From Piedraia hortae CBS 480.64 (Eukaryota), in NCBI GenBank assembly GCA_010093745.1, contig MU005982.1, forward strand, positions 1 through 64,000: 64,000 bases of DNA, in the 5' to 3' direction. Position 1 is the first letter of the stretch. Each line of letters starts with the position of its first letter. Shown here piece by piece: positions 11,970 through 24,678 of the stretch. Position numbers and translations under genes: made by a program. The notes under the pieces were generated by a model, which saw only the letters and a program-made list of their open reading frames with translations, made no database searches and had not been told where the DNA came from.

Positions 11970-12200
11970 AATTACGGTGCTCAGAGGAAAAGAATCAGTA
12001 AGTCCCAACAGCAAGGACAGTCAGAAACTACTATCTATTGGGAAGCTAGGATACTACAAACCAATCCAGAAGCACTGTCCATACGTGCGCGGTAACGAGC
12101 GTAGCTATGAATAACTAGCAGGGCGCGTCTGTGTATCAAATTCCCCTTGCGCTTAAGCGGCGCGGGTCGTCCCGCGCACACTCACCGCCCCGCCGTAACA
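11970..12200. mobile_element. Solo LTR, family F
   Basis: Similar along its length to 51357-51584; ends CCGTAACA. Confidence 0.75.
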
Positions 12201-12396
12201 AAGTTATCCAATACCTGCCCATCTCTTTCGTCGAACAAGATTGAATGATCACCCTTAGAGATGTCAATGCGCTTGGTCGGAACCCGGGCGAGGCTTGGAG
12301 GAGCCAGTCATATGGCTTTTTCGGTCCAGGCGGCACTTCTTGAATGTGGTGCAAGCGACGAGCCAGACGATGGCTTCGTTCGACTTGAGAAACTTC

Positions 12397-12758
12397 TGTT
12401 GGCATGAAGTCTCGTTGCTATCAGTGTACGATGCCACTGCGCGACACCTCTTACACCAGCAGCTGCACCCTAGGTTTTGTCCTCAAATCAGGGCCATGTC
12501 GCATACGCCATGGTGAATGTGCCCTGCTACTGTTTGAGGTGAGTCATGGAGTAAGGCTGCATGTTGACAGTCTTACTGCATATATAACCACTTGCTTACG
12601 GTCATACAATCGATGACCCTTCATACGAGGCTATGCACGGGCCTTCCAGCCCAGAATATATTCTCTGATGTCCCCTCGTAGATACACTAGTATTCACTCA
12701 TAAACACATCTCTACTCTCCATCCATCGTTCTCACTAGTACATACCATCTGTTTTTCA
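12397..12758 (+). mobile_element. Solo LTR, family C (internal deletion in the ENE-like core)
   Basis: TGTTGGCATG...TTTTCA; homologous to the reverse complement of 39605-39974; flanks do not form a TSD. Confidence 0.8.
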
Positions 12759-15700
12759 CTCGGTAGTTCGGCATATTGTAATTCGGGAGGATGAGGGAAT
12801 GGCGGGTGGTGTTGGGACATTCGCGTCGGCTTAGCGGCAGAGGGTAGATAAGAGCGTAGATGGAGCACGTTCCGGTGGTGTCAAGCTTGCAACTTGGCCA
12901 CAACAGGCGACGTTATATCCATGAAAAAACGTTAGATTGGAAATATCGCAGAAAAGATATACGAGAGCACGATATATGAAGCAGCACGGTGATAGAACAT
13001 ATAATTCTGTTCAGACTATGACTATCGACATATGAAGGTCCATTGCATTCGTCCTTGTGTATCAAACGACCGCCCATCTTATCCATCCACGTCCCGCAGA
13101 CCTATGAAGGTCCATCTTGTTCTCCGTTGCGCAAAGGACGATCCGCAACCGAGTCCGTCTCGATGACACACACAACATATCATCTTGTCCATCCGTGCAC
13201 CGCAGAACCAGGCACAGTCCCCCGGCGCCACAAAACGGATCCCAAGCCCCAGCACATTCGATGCCGATTCCCCTTCCAGCCACACTTATCCCGATGGAAA
13301 TAGAACGAGGGGTTCTACGGCACTGGAGGGCCCATCCACCGATGGACTCGAGATGACGATGTTGCCGGTGATTGGCGACTGTAGTGGCGCCGTAAGAGAG
13401 CATCTCGATCGGAAAACCAACAAGTCGGCAGCTTGTTGTTGGCATAACATCGCTGGTGGATTTTGATGGTGGCATTTATCGGCATCGCGAAATCTTGCGC
13501 TGCCTCTCCGCATCGCCAATATTCTACAGCAGCCAGTCTCCATATTACTCATTTCGCGGTTGCTTGACTTACCCGCGGTAGAACCAAGCAGGTCGGCAAC
13601 ACAACAAGTTTCTGTTTGTCCAGAGCAGAGCCAAAGACTGGTGGCTCACTCCTTTCTTATACAATCCGACGCCCAATAGGGCCGGACGCTTGGAACAGTA
13701 AACCCCACGCCAGTGTGCGCACCAATTTCTACTTGAAGTTAGAGAGCACATAATTAGACGCTGGATTATAGCTTACCTGGCCTAGGCTCAGTCACGGTTG
13801 AAGATATCCCAAGGACACGCTGTTGATCAGAGGCTTGCCTTTAATGGCAGAAGGATCCCGGATCTAGGCATAATTTGTGCGTTATTGACGTTTGTCGTCA
13901 ACGGTCGTGTTGCTTTGGTGAACTTCCCTCAATAGATGAAAAAGGATCGTACCACGACAAACCCAGAGGTTTGTGAGCCACTATGTCAGGACAAAAGCTC
14001 ATTCGTCAAACGATGACGTCCGAGCATTAGACGTTGATTTTTCTTGGACATTATTCGCAAGGTGCACCTTGGTGACGAAAGCGATCGAACAACTTACCAG
14101 AAGGCCAAGTAGTCCGATCAGTGAGTTGATTGAGCTAATGCCAGCTCATGGATCAAAGGCGAGATGCCTTCATCTCTGCCCAAAAAGTCGAACGGAGTCA
14201 GACCCAATGGGTGGCGATACTGGGGGTGGTATCGGCATTGGCATTGGCGGTGGTGGCGGTGGCAGGGGTCGTTTGTTTGTTTGTTTGTAGTATGTAACGC
14301 CTAGACAGAGCGGCCGCTTGGGCGATCGAGGGTAGTGGTTGCGATGGTAGTGTTAGTTTTGGTGGTGGTGGGGAAGAAAAATTTCCCTTAAAAAAATCCC
14401 CACAAACACAAAATCCACATTCGCGTGATGTTGCGTCACGCCGTAAAACATGAACCTTCTATACTCACTCTGACTCTGCAAAGCTGATGTATTCCTCACG
14501 GGAGGATCAGAGTTCTTCGTCGAATTGGCGTGAAACCAAGTTGGCAGCCTCTTCAAAACGCCGAGCTCAGCGCGGTAGAGCTCGTACAGTACAAACGATC
14601 CCTGCTGCTATCATGCCTTATACTCACGCCAAGTAGGGCACTCTCCAGACTTCTCCACAACCCTGAATCGACGGTCTGACCAACAAATTAGCTTTCCGCG
14701 CGTTCATCGTCTGAATCAAGATCTGCTCCACAAGTCTCAAGACGCTCGATAGATGCTGCAGTCTTTCAGTCCCATGGTACAGCCAGCTCAGGCCGACGGT
14801 ACGATAACCATGCGTGTTGGGAGCTAGCCCGAGCAGAGGACCAGTGCATCGGGAATTGGAAAAAACTGCTGGAATGATATTAAGGTGTATGGCTGATCAA
14901 ACAAAATCAAACCTGCATGTTACCAAAGTGCCAAAAGATTGAATGCTCTGACAATAGTGGCCACGGGAGCTATCAAAATTCAAGCACTGCGATTTCAAAT
15001 ACATCCATGGAACCCGTTGGTGGACTTTGGCAGCTATGCGGGTGACAAACGTTCCGCCAATGCCGGCTCTCCACAATGAACGTCAATTGCTTCCATCTCT
15101 GTTGCCAAATAACACAGTCAATTCCAACATCCCGTTAAGAAAGGAGCGTGAATGACCCACGAACCATTGATTATCTAGTACAACAGCAGATACATCGGCC
15201 AAGCCCGACAAGTCCTACAAGTAAGCCCTGAACTCCCAAAAGTCTCATTGCTGTGCTGCTGCATACATTTCGCCACAGCAATTGGCAGCGATTCAGGCAG
15301 CTACTGCACACCACGAGCCTTTGGACGTAAGAGGAGGTGTTCATAGACGTTTTCGACGGTGATCATTGAACAATGCGACAGTCTTTGAACTATATGCAGG
15401 CGAATGTCCATGGATCCTGTAGACTCCAGTCCTTAGATGGGTGCGTGAACTCATTTCCTGCGACGGTCGTCCATCCGTTAACCCAGATGCAATCAGTTGA
15501 GCGTTACCCTATCAATCTTACCGTTGTCTTTGCTTGTCAGCGTCGGAGGTCCTACCCGCTCTTTCGCATAAATTGACCTGGATTCGACAATGAGCAGCGT
15601 AATTGACTGTTTAGCACAGCAAGGGGACCGTACCAGGTTCATGTTTCCAATGATACGACGGCGGCGCTAACTGTTCGCTGGTTTGAGAGGGCTACTCGCC

Positions 15701-16084
15701 CAGCCACGGAGATTCTATGACCAGCCGCGTCAGTTGTTGAAGAGGAACAGGAGGGGCGAAGTGGTCCTGGAGGATTCCATTTCGAATAAATGCTTGTCAT
15801 CCACTCGAAACTCGGTGACCAGGGCGATAGCAGGTGACTATAAAGTATTCGTCTTGACAAACAGAGACAATCTGTCAATACTCGCTGTTGAGCATCGCGT
15901 AGTCTCCTTTACCGACGGCGATTAGCACTTGGAGTACCTCAGCTGATCGCGAACACAGCAAACGAAGAAAAGAGGCAAGTCTCATGTGAAGTAGAGCTCT
16001 GACGGTGCGGACAAGACTCTACAGCGCCCGACTGTGCCACGTTCACGCTCGTGGACATCGCCAAGCCGGGCGTCTTGGGGAGGA

Positions 16085-16121
16085 GGGGGGGGGGGGGGGG
16101 GGGGGGGGGGAAGGGGGGGGG
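16085..16121 (+). repeat. Poly-G tract (G26-AA-G9)
   Basis: Directly visible homopolymer. Confidence 0.9.
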
Positions 16122-18647
16122 ATATTCCAGCGCCGCCACCGCTATCGTGCTTATTCGATTGTGACTGTCCTCTGGCACCATCACCACAACTGGTCGAGCT
16201 TGGCCAGTCAACGTCAACTCCGCTCATAACAAGGAGCAGTTTTAACGCACGGCACTGGACCTTTGGGTTAAACCACGCTTGATAAATTGTTGAAGTCAAG
16301 TTCTGTGGTCTTCGCTAGCTTTCAGTCGGCAGCCGTACAAATGGCTATCCGTACCGCCTTGATGGCCATGCCAAATGACCTTGGTGCATGGTGTATTGCC
16401 ACTCATAGGCGTGATGATGTGGTGGTAGTGGGCGGAGAGCTGATCCCAAGTTCTTTTCGCTTCGATGATGGATATTTGGATTGTAAAGCATCGGTCTTGC
16501 GAAAATTCTTTGTCGACAATAGTTCTTAGCAAGGTACTATTGTAGTTTTGGGAGTCTCTCATGCGTTTGTGCGTAGCATCATTGGGTTTCACAAGCAGAG
16601 GGAGGCAGTGACTCGTTTGGATATGTTGAACCTGAGGTGGTGTAAATCCAGGATTCGGTGAGGACCCGAAACAGGTCGCGAACTGCATCACCGAGTAGGC
16701 TGTGCATCACAATAGCATGTAAGAGCGTTTATAACAATGCAGTACAAGGTAAGACGGTTTGACAAGTGTAAGAAGAATAGTTGCGTTCGTGAAGAGCGTA
16801 AGCTTCACTGCTATGTTTATTCACCGGCAAACGCCTAGACCGGTGCCCCGCGTTGCCCCACTTTCTCTAGAGGAAAGTTGCCAGTACACATGTACGCACA
16901 TTGCTGTTGAAAGACGAATTCCTCGTCACTGCATAGCTTATAAGCTTTGAACCAACTACTGTGTAATCAACAGGATCGTTTCAGACACGAAATGGCAACC
17001 CAACCAGCGACGCTTGTTTGCATTCGGAAAGAAAACAAATTCAAGTTTGTCGTGAGGATCTGTTGATATGATGGATCCATTCTGGTTCCGTGATTCACAA
17101 TCAGCGTGGCGAAATGACGCAAGTGCAAAAGGATTCAATGACGTGTCATCCGTCCACTGTTCAGCCTCTTATCTATGAGCCAGGCAGGATGGACGTGGCG
17201 CAATCCAGGGCTGGTGCAACGTCATGTCGCACAGCACGTTTGAACCCCTAACGGAGCTGACATTACGCGCCTCATGATTACCAGATCGACGACAATCACT
17301 AACCTGCGAAAATCACACTGGCACTCCGTTGCTTCTCAAAGAATTGATTGGTTTTCCGTGGCCTAAGCAAAGTTTTCGGTTCCAGACCAGTTAATGTAGC
17401 TGATGGCCTTGTCCGTTTGATCATCAACGGTGAGGACATCCTACTGGGCCTCACAATGTCATCGAATCCTACACCCAGAAACTATCCGACTCACCAGCAA
17501 CGTTTGCTCGGCTCGGCTCAAAATCAGCTCAGCTCGGCTCGGGCTTGTTTCAGCTCTTACGCCCCGGTTGGATAATGTTGAGCATTGAGCCTCGAGGTAC
17601 CTCACCGCTTATCCATCCGCCTACTATAGCAGCAGCGGCTCGGGCTCCGGTCAAGTCCTGGTCCCGCACGGGCAGGATCGGTTGACATGCATGCATGATG
17701 CAAGCGAGCTGATATCATAGACTTCGCAATAGACTTAGACGCAAAGACGACGATCATCTTAGATTACGTGCCGGATGAGGAGACAACGCTCGGGCTGGCA
17801 TGATCACGCTCGGAAGAGGCCATGCGATGTGGTTATGCTCGGCATGATGAAAGCAACAGTGCATTTCGAGGCACTCATCCTCAGCTGAAGGAGAATTTCT
17901 ATGTCAAAGCAGGGTAGTGGCGAGAAAGTTTGGGACAAAAGTCGTGGAGCGCGCGCCATGACAAATGGCCCGAGATCTCACCCTCTCTCGTTGACGTCAC
18001 CCAAGATCCTTACAAGACGTTACATGAGGCACCAGGCGCACTGTAACGATGGCTGTGACCTAAGTCGTGTTTGCCCTTACACCCGAGCAAGCTGACGTCT
18101 GGGGTTGGGTGAGACGAAACTCTGTCGCATTGTATTTACCAAGAATAGTATGTCGAACAGTATTCGGATGGGAAGAGTTCTGTTCGGCAGTGAGAACGTT
18201 GTCCACATGCATAATCTGTCAATCTATAGTTATCTGTGTTTAGCCTTGCGACGCTTGGGGTGTACGGCTTGTGACATCATGACGCGATCGTGTGAATACA
18301 CATGGGTTGACACATTCCACTCGCTCGGCGCTACCCTTTACATCTTCGGATTCCTTCACAAGCCAACAGTTGAGGTTCTCAACAACGCCGCTGCGGCTGA
18401 TGATCCCTGACGTCACCCCTGAAACGCCCGCCACATCTATTTTCGCCCGCCAATCCGCCCAATCAGCCGGCGACCCGACCGGCAGGGGATATTTTCTTGA
18501 TTTTCCTCGCGCATTCTTCTATCGCTCTCTTTTACGCACTTCGGGAATCCTGTCATTGGCGCTCCGCCAGCCACACATTCGTTTATAACAGTTAGCCTTC
18601 GTTTTCTGTCTTGTCGTTCCTTTCCTTTCTATCTTCCCGTCAATGCA

Positions 18648-19952
18648 ATGATGGCTACCGCAACGCAGACGGCCGTTTTCCCCCGGTCACTGTCGACCAA
18701 AGGGCGGAATCACTTCCTACACCTGGATATTCCGCTCCCGGTTTCCTTCGGTGCCCTCTCTCCCGGTTTCTACGACCAACCACGAAGCTCCTTCCTGGAC
18801 GAACAACCGACACTCACCTGCTGGTTGGTAGACACTCGGTGTCTCTGGCCAGGCGCCAGCATCAACACCGCGGCAGGAGTCCAACAGGCGCTGAACCTCA
18901 TCAGCCCGGCCGAGCAGAAGATCGTCAAGGGCAAACTACACATTGCGGACGCCAAGATGAGCCTCGCATCGGCTCTTCTGAAGCGCATGTTCATCAGTCA
19001 GACGCTCGAAATACCCTGGGACCATGTCCACATTGCCCGCAAAGGCAACGAGAAACACGGCAAGCCATGCGCCGTTGACGAAGTCGGGCGTCCGATCGAC
19101 GGGATCGACTTCAATGTGTCACATCAGAATGGGCTTGTGGCGCTTATCGGGTGGAATGGGAGGCGCCGGCGTCGTTATTCGCCCGGCGGCCACATCCAGG
19201 GCATGCTGTCGCCCCGCATAAATGCCAATGACGTCATGGTCGGTGTCGACATCGTCTGCGTCAACGAGCGGGAGTCAGCGGCAACGACAATTGAAGAGGA
19301 GGGCTTGGACGGCTGGGTGGACGTATACGACGCCGTCTTTTCGGACGAGGAGCGGTGGAGTATGAAGTATGACGTCGACTACGTTACACTGCTCGACGGA
19401 AGTACGCTATCGGGACAGGAGATTGGCCGCCACGATCGGTGCATCTCGCGTCACAAGAATCTCAGGTGCACAACCTCCTCTGGCCAATGTGTTGATTTCT
19501 CGTCGGAGCGCCTCATTGAAGCCAAAATGCGTCGGTTTTATACATATTTCTGCTACAAGGAGGCCTACATCAAGCTGGCGGGCGAGGCGCTGCTTGCGCC
19601 CTGGCTGAAGCAGCTGGAGTTTTCGGGTGTGCGCTCACCCAAGCCCGGTGCTCCCGCGCGGTGCTCTCTTCACGGCGTTTGGGGCGAGGAAGTTGATGAC
19701 GTCGAAGTCCGCCTTCACGGTCGCGTGGTTGAAGATGTCAAGATGAAGGTACAGGCGTTTGAGGAGACGTTTATGCTCTCCACTGCGATCCAAGGAAACA
19801 TTCAGGGACTGACGATTCCCGCTTTCCAGTCGCTATCTCTGCTGGAGATCTACGCCCAAGCTGCCTCGGCCAAATCATCTGCATCGGATGCGAGATCAGT
19901 CGGCAGTCCCGTCGAGCTGACGTCTCCGTGGGAGTCGCGTTACTGGAGTTGA
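18648..19952 (+). CDS. npgA: Sfp-type 4'-phosphopantetheinyl transferase (NpgA/Ppt1/Lys5 family), intronless
   Basis: Motifs DAKMSLASALLKR, GKP, FNVSHQ, VGVDIVCVNER and FCYKEAYIKLAGEALLAPWL, typical of fungal Sfp-type PPTases. Confidence 0.9.
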   Translation: MMATATQTAVFPRSLSTKGRNHFLHLDIPLPVSFGALSPGFYDQPRSSFLDEQPTLTCWLVDTRCLWPGASINTAAGVQQALNLISPAEQKIVKGKLHIADAKMSLASALLKRMFISQTLEIPWDHVHIARKGNEKHGKPCAVDEVGRPIDGIDFNVSHQNGLVALIGWNGRRRRRYSPGGHIQGMLSPRINANDVMVGVDIVCVNERESAATTIEEEGLDGWVDVYDAVFSDEERWSMKYDVDYVTLLDGSTLSGQEIGRHDRCISRHKNLRCTTSSGQCVDFSSERLIEAKMRRFYTYFCYKEAYIKLAGEALLAPWLKQLEFSGVRSPKPGAPARCSLHGVWGEEVDDVEVRLHGRVVEDVKMKVQAFEETFMLSTAIQGNIQGLTIPAFQSLSLLEIYAQAASAKSSASDARSVGSPVELTSPWESRYWS

Positions 19953-22822
19953 TAGACGGCGCAAACTGCTGATAGAAGAACGGCTCGGTCGGCTACGATG
20001 ACTACGTTGGCGTGGGCGTTTATCGCATCTGTTAATGTATTTTCACCTTCAGTATTGCATGCTGATCCACTACACTCACCCTACATCCAGCTGATCTCTC
20101 TTCATCCATACCAAATCCGCATGACGCAATGCACTCAATATTCCCCGAAGAAACGGTGGGTCCGTGGTCCTCTTTCTATTCTCGTCGACGCCATGACCTG
20201 AGGCTGATCAATCAAAGGATGTGGCTTGCAGCCCGTTTAGAATTGCTTTTTCGCAGCCACTTATATCATCTACTACTATCTCGTTCATGCGAGATTTGTG
20301 TCCCGTAAAGACCCGCGTGTGCCTGTAGTACGAGGGCGATCGGATCGCACTAGGCTATGCCTTTTAATTTTATTTGACGACTGCCCCGAGGGCACTCTCC
20401 CCTTTAGGACTTCCGGCACTTTTGACCGTTGGTTGGACGCCCATGCGCAGGCTGTCAGCCAATGTTCCTCAAGATGGATTGATTGCATTCCCACGGCTAA
20501 GAGACGGAACCATCGCAGGTCCTCAAGCGAGGACGGCTACTCGGAATCGCGGCCCGATGGTATCGATCGGGCGTTATCGATCAGGTAGCGCTGAGAACTA
20601 GCCAGAGGAGGGCGAGGGTCGTGGTTTGTTGGTGGTTTAACATGACTCTGGCTCTGCGAGTGCGTGGCTGGATGAAGCTGACGCTGAGACTTTTTTTACC
20701 TTCTGCGATGCTCCGGCCAGGGTTCTACTGTAGAAAGGGACCCTTCATGGCATCATCGTGATCCCGAGCCCGTAATGTGAAAGGAGGCAAAATGGAACAG
20801 CATCTCTCAATTTTCAACGAAAATGATCGGCTCCAAGTACCAGTGTGCATAAGACGATGTGAACTAATCTTCACCGTGCCATCTCTATCTGCGCCTAGAA
20901 TCCTTTGGGGAAACTGCAGTAAGCTCCGGAAATATACTCCCTTCATGGCCAATTCAGGCATTCACATCCCTGATGAGCTTGATTATTTTTTATCCACTTC
21001 CGCGACAACGCGCTCTACCTTAAATTACGGCCTGTCATGCAATAGCTGAGACCTCTTGTCTGGAAGCTAAACGGGCTCAAACAGTTCCTGACACGCGCTA
21101 CTGTTCCCAAGGGGCAACGACGATACGGAATGAAACTCAAAAGTCTGAAGATGACTTGCGATACGGAGAGGCGCGTCTGGTGATTCGGTAGCGGAGGGAA
21201 CGATTTGCACTGAGGATTCTCGCTTAGGAGATAACCTTTCAAGACTTGGAATCTTCCGAAATTTTTGGTCAGTTTTTCAAAATGGGCATGCGCGTTAAGA
21301 AAGGGAGTCTGAATTGATTGACGGACCTCCGTCCGGGCATTCGATTCTGGAATTATCCAGGATTACACAGGAATGAGGTTTCGATGCTTTTCCTCAACAT
21401 GAGATGTGGCGAATATCTTGACTGCGCCGCTTGCAACCTGGAAAGTTAATCATGTGTCTTGTGGAAAGTAGGCATTGCTAAGCTGTCGACTCTTGGCAAT
21501 GACTCGACTGCTTGTCTTGGGGTGGAGTGTACTTCTGTTTAAGCGGTTGGAGTGTACAGAGAACGATTGGGCGATTTCGTTTTCTGGCCGGGATTGATCA
21601 GCAAATTTCCCGGCAGTTTCGGTGGATCGATGGAGGCTTCAATGCGTGTTTGGTCTAATTATCCGAGACTGAGTCAGTTCAACGGCTCGTTCATCACCAA
21701 GCTGGGTCCGACGGGACTTTCTTGCAACAACTGCGTGTGGAACTGTCCTTGAGTGAATTTCAATGTGAAGGCATCTGCGACAGACCTCATCAGCCTGGCC
21801 TTTGATGCTCGAGGGAAACGATGCGACGATTTGCGGATGCTGCAGTTACAAGGCCTCTTCTGATCAGGTTCCATTGAATCAGCTGTACATTAACGACCGG
21901 GGACATTGTCCGATTCTTTGCTCGCCTTCGTGTGTGTGGGACACGCGATCAGCTTGGACTTCATCCCACATCTGCAGTGTATGGTATCGAAGAAACGTTT
22001 GGTCAAGGTGATACGGGATCAAGGATGTTTTGCTGTCCAGCAAGCGCAACGCCTTCATAGACATGCAGTGGATCCGGGATATGCACTTGCAGGTTGTCTA
22101 TCCCCAGACACTCAACAGGCGAATGGGAACATTCACATTCTCAATACCACCGTGTTGATTGGGAAGGTACAGGTTGTCAAATTCCCTCACCTTGGATGTC
22201 ACCGTTTTGCGCGCCAGCTCCAATCGGTTCAACTTCCGGTATCAAGCGACCGAGGTACGCGGTAACTTCATGCATGACGATGCCGATAGAATGCATCAGG
22301 GACGAGGCCAAAGAGGATCTTGGTGGCGTGGTCAATCAAAGAGCCGAGAGATTGACTGAAAAGCTCGACTACTCTAGCACACCGTTGTGGTTTCGTTACA
22401 CGTGCTTCTCATCGCTGAAATCGACTTCGACGATTTCTCTAGCTGTCGCATTTGTCATGTCTCGCAGATATTCTGCAGCCTGTTGAGCAAGAACCGGGAC
22501 CGGTACGGTCGACCGATCTTCCACTGAGTACGAGGCGGCTCCTGCCCGTGGGAGAGCCTTTTTTGGATACGGCGGCTGTTGTGCTGGCTTTGCGCGCGGC
22601 GCGAAGGGAGAGGGAGGAGTGGTGCAGAAGGATGGAGCAAAAAGTCAGGATTTTCCGGGAGTTGAGGCGTCGGGTTTGTTTAAGTGGCTAATGGAGCTAT
22701 TGTAAGGGGTTTGGTTTGGTTTTGTGTGAGTTTTTGGTTTGGTCATTGACTCGATCATTTGCAAGATTTAACTGTGGTGAACGAACAAGCTGCTTGGGAG
22801 CAGAACCCACCGAAAAATTTTT

Positions 22823-23625
22823 TTGGGAGCTGCATGGGCCCACCCCGTTATGGAAGGTGCCTCACAAGTCGCTCCGAATTTGGCAGGAGCTGCAGCCTTT
22901 GTCAGCATGAAACAAGTCCTACCCGTGCTGGCTGCATTTTCAGGCGATCGTGCAGATTACGTGCAATGGACGGTTAAGGCCACTGCAAAGCTCAAGATCG
23001 ATGGCGAGGCCATAGGCTCTGAACTTGCGAAAATTGCTATCCTTGATGCTGCCCTAAGCGGCCAGGCAGGCAGAGCCTGCGTGCAGTTTATGACGGTCAT
23101 ATCAGGCAGAACTAATCCACCACCAGATTCAATGGCGGTGATGGCATGTCTTGATCGCTTATACTTGGACCCCCATGGGAAGAATCGTGCTCTCCGGCAG
23201 TGGGGTCACACCCCCTGCAAAACGGGGCCCCATACAACGTCTTTTATGCTGAATTTGAGCGTCTGATGCACAAAGCCGACGCGGCCCGGATGGCCTGACC
23301 GGTCAAAGAAGGATCGTCTTCTTGAAGCGGCGGATGATGCAGTCGTCGCCAACCTGAACGGCGTCTCACGTATTGGCACATACCAGAACCTTCTCAATGC
23401 ATTTTACCTCGCCGCTGACGACCTCGAACGGATGCACCATCGTCGCACGGCAGTCGCCATTGCCACCTACCCCATGCTTGAACTGGGATTGGGGATTAGT
23501 CTCGCCAACGCTGGGCATCTCTCCAGCAAATCCGTTAAGCAGTTTGTACGCAACGACAAGGGCCGCCCAAAGGACCCTGGCCTTCCTACTGACAAGGCGC
23601 TCCGGGGACACGTGCTATATGGGTA
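22823..23625 (+). pseudogene. Frameshifted retrotransposon gag relic
   Basis: FSGDRADYVQW...AKLKIDGEAIG...LDRLYLDPHGKNRA, then FYAEFERL in another frame; resembles fungal retrotransposon gag. Confidence 0.6.
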
Positions 23626-23664
23626 ACCAAGGACGTCCTGGCTGAACGCCGCAAGGCACGCACT

Positions 23665-23758
23665 TTTTGGCATGAAATCTCGTTGTTATGAGCGTACGAT
23701 GCCACTACGCGACACCTCGTACACCAGCAGCTGCACCCTAGGTTTTGTCCTCACAGAG
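23665..23758 (+). mobile_element. 5' fragment of a family C LTR
   Basis: TTGGCATGAAATCTCGTTG...CAGCTGCACCCTAGGTTTTGTCCTCACAGAG matches the start of 12397. Confidence 0.75.
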
Positions 23759-24206
23759 AAATCTTGGAGACATTGTTAACCTCCATCCGGCAAACTCAAA
23801 TCCTCAATCAAGAGCTTGCCAAGCTATTCCAGACTCGATTCCCCAGCCGTCCACATGCAAAAAACAATTTGCCGCCTTTGCGCCGCAGTAGGTCTCCTCT
23901 CACCACTCGCGCCCACAATCCGCATCAAAGGATTGGAAGCCGCAAGACAGAGAGCACTGCAAAGCACCGCGCTGGTCAATTCCCTGATGTTCTTCCATGT
24001 TCGTATCGAGCGACTTGATTGACATACGCTCCATATCCCCGCATGCAGATTCCATCCAACCGCATGGGTTTGTCTTGCCGCTGAATTGCTTGGTTGCTTT
24101 TCCTGCTCTTTTTTTGCTCGGTCTTGTCTTTGGCCTCGTCTATGTCTGCTATTATGCTGCCGGAGGCGCTTGTCGAGCCGGCCAATGTTTCCGCGCAGGT
24201 GAATGG

Positions 24207-24678
24207 TGTTGGATTCTAGCATCGCCGCTAGCGTGTACGCAGGGCACTTGCATAACAAGTCAGTGATACCTCCTACATTACCAGCTGCACCCTAGGTTTT
24301 TCCCTCACAGAGGTTTCTGTTGGGAATATGCGGTATATTACACGCATTATTAGTAACCGGCGCTCGGCTCTCGACTTCACACGTCAACTAGTTTTCCGTA
24401 GAGATTTGTATGCAGGTACATATCTACTCACAATCACAATAGTTTCCCCCCAGGCGAATGCGCCCTGCTAGTGTACGACGTGACGTCACCGGCCCACCGG
24501 TACAGAATCTTTATTCTGACGTCCCCTCATAGAGATAGATAGTCAATTCACACTGTCATATCGACACTGGTACTGACTCATATACATCTACATCTGTCCT
24601 GTCCCTGATGCCGTCTATCGCTTCGTCCTCTTCGGGTCGCTGCGCACTCTTACCCACGGGAGCCCCCAAACCTCTACA
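24207..24678 (+). mobile_element. Solo LTR, family A, carrying a nested family B solo LTR
   Basis: TGTTGG...CTCTACA with exact TSD AATGG; insertion at 24318-24441. Confidence 0.9.
24318..24441 (+). mobile_element. Solo LTR, family B (124 bp)
   Basis: Reverse complement of 202-325 (about 8 substitutions); exact TSD GTTTC (24313-24317 / 24442-24446). Confidence 0.88.

Noticed and set aside
20900..22450. Minus-strand fragment LYLPNQHGG resembling the LINE RT LxLPxxxGGLG motif
   Set aside because: A single short motif, with no YADD or endonuclease motifs nearby.
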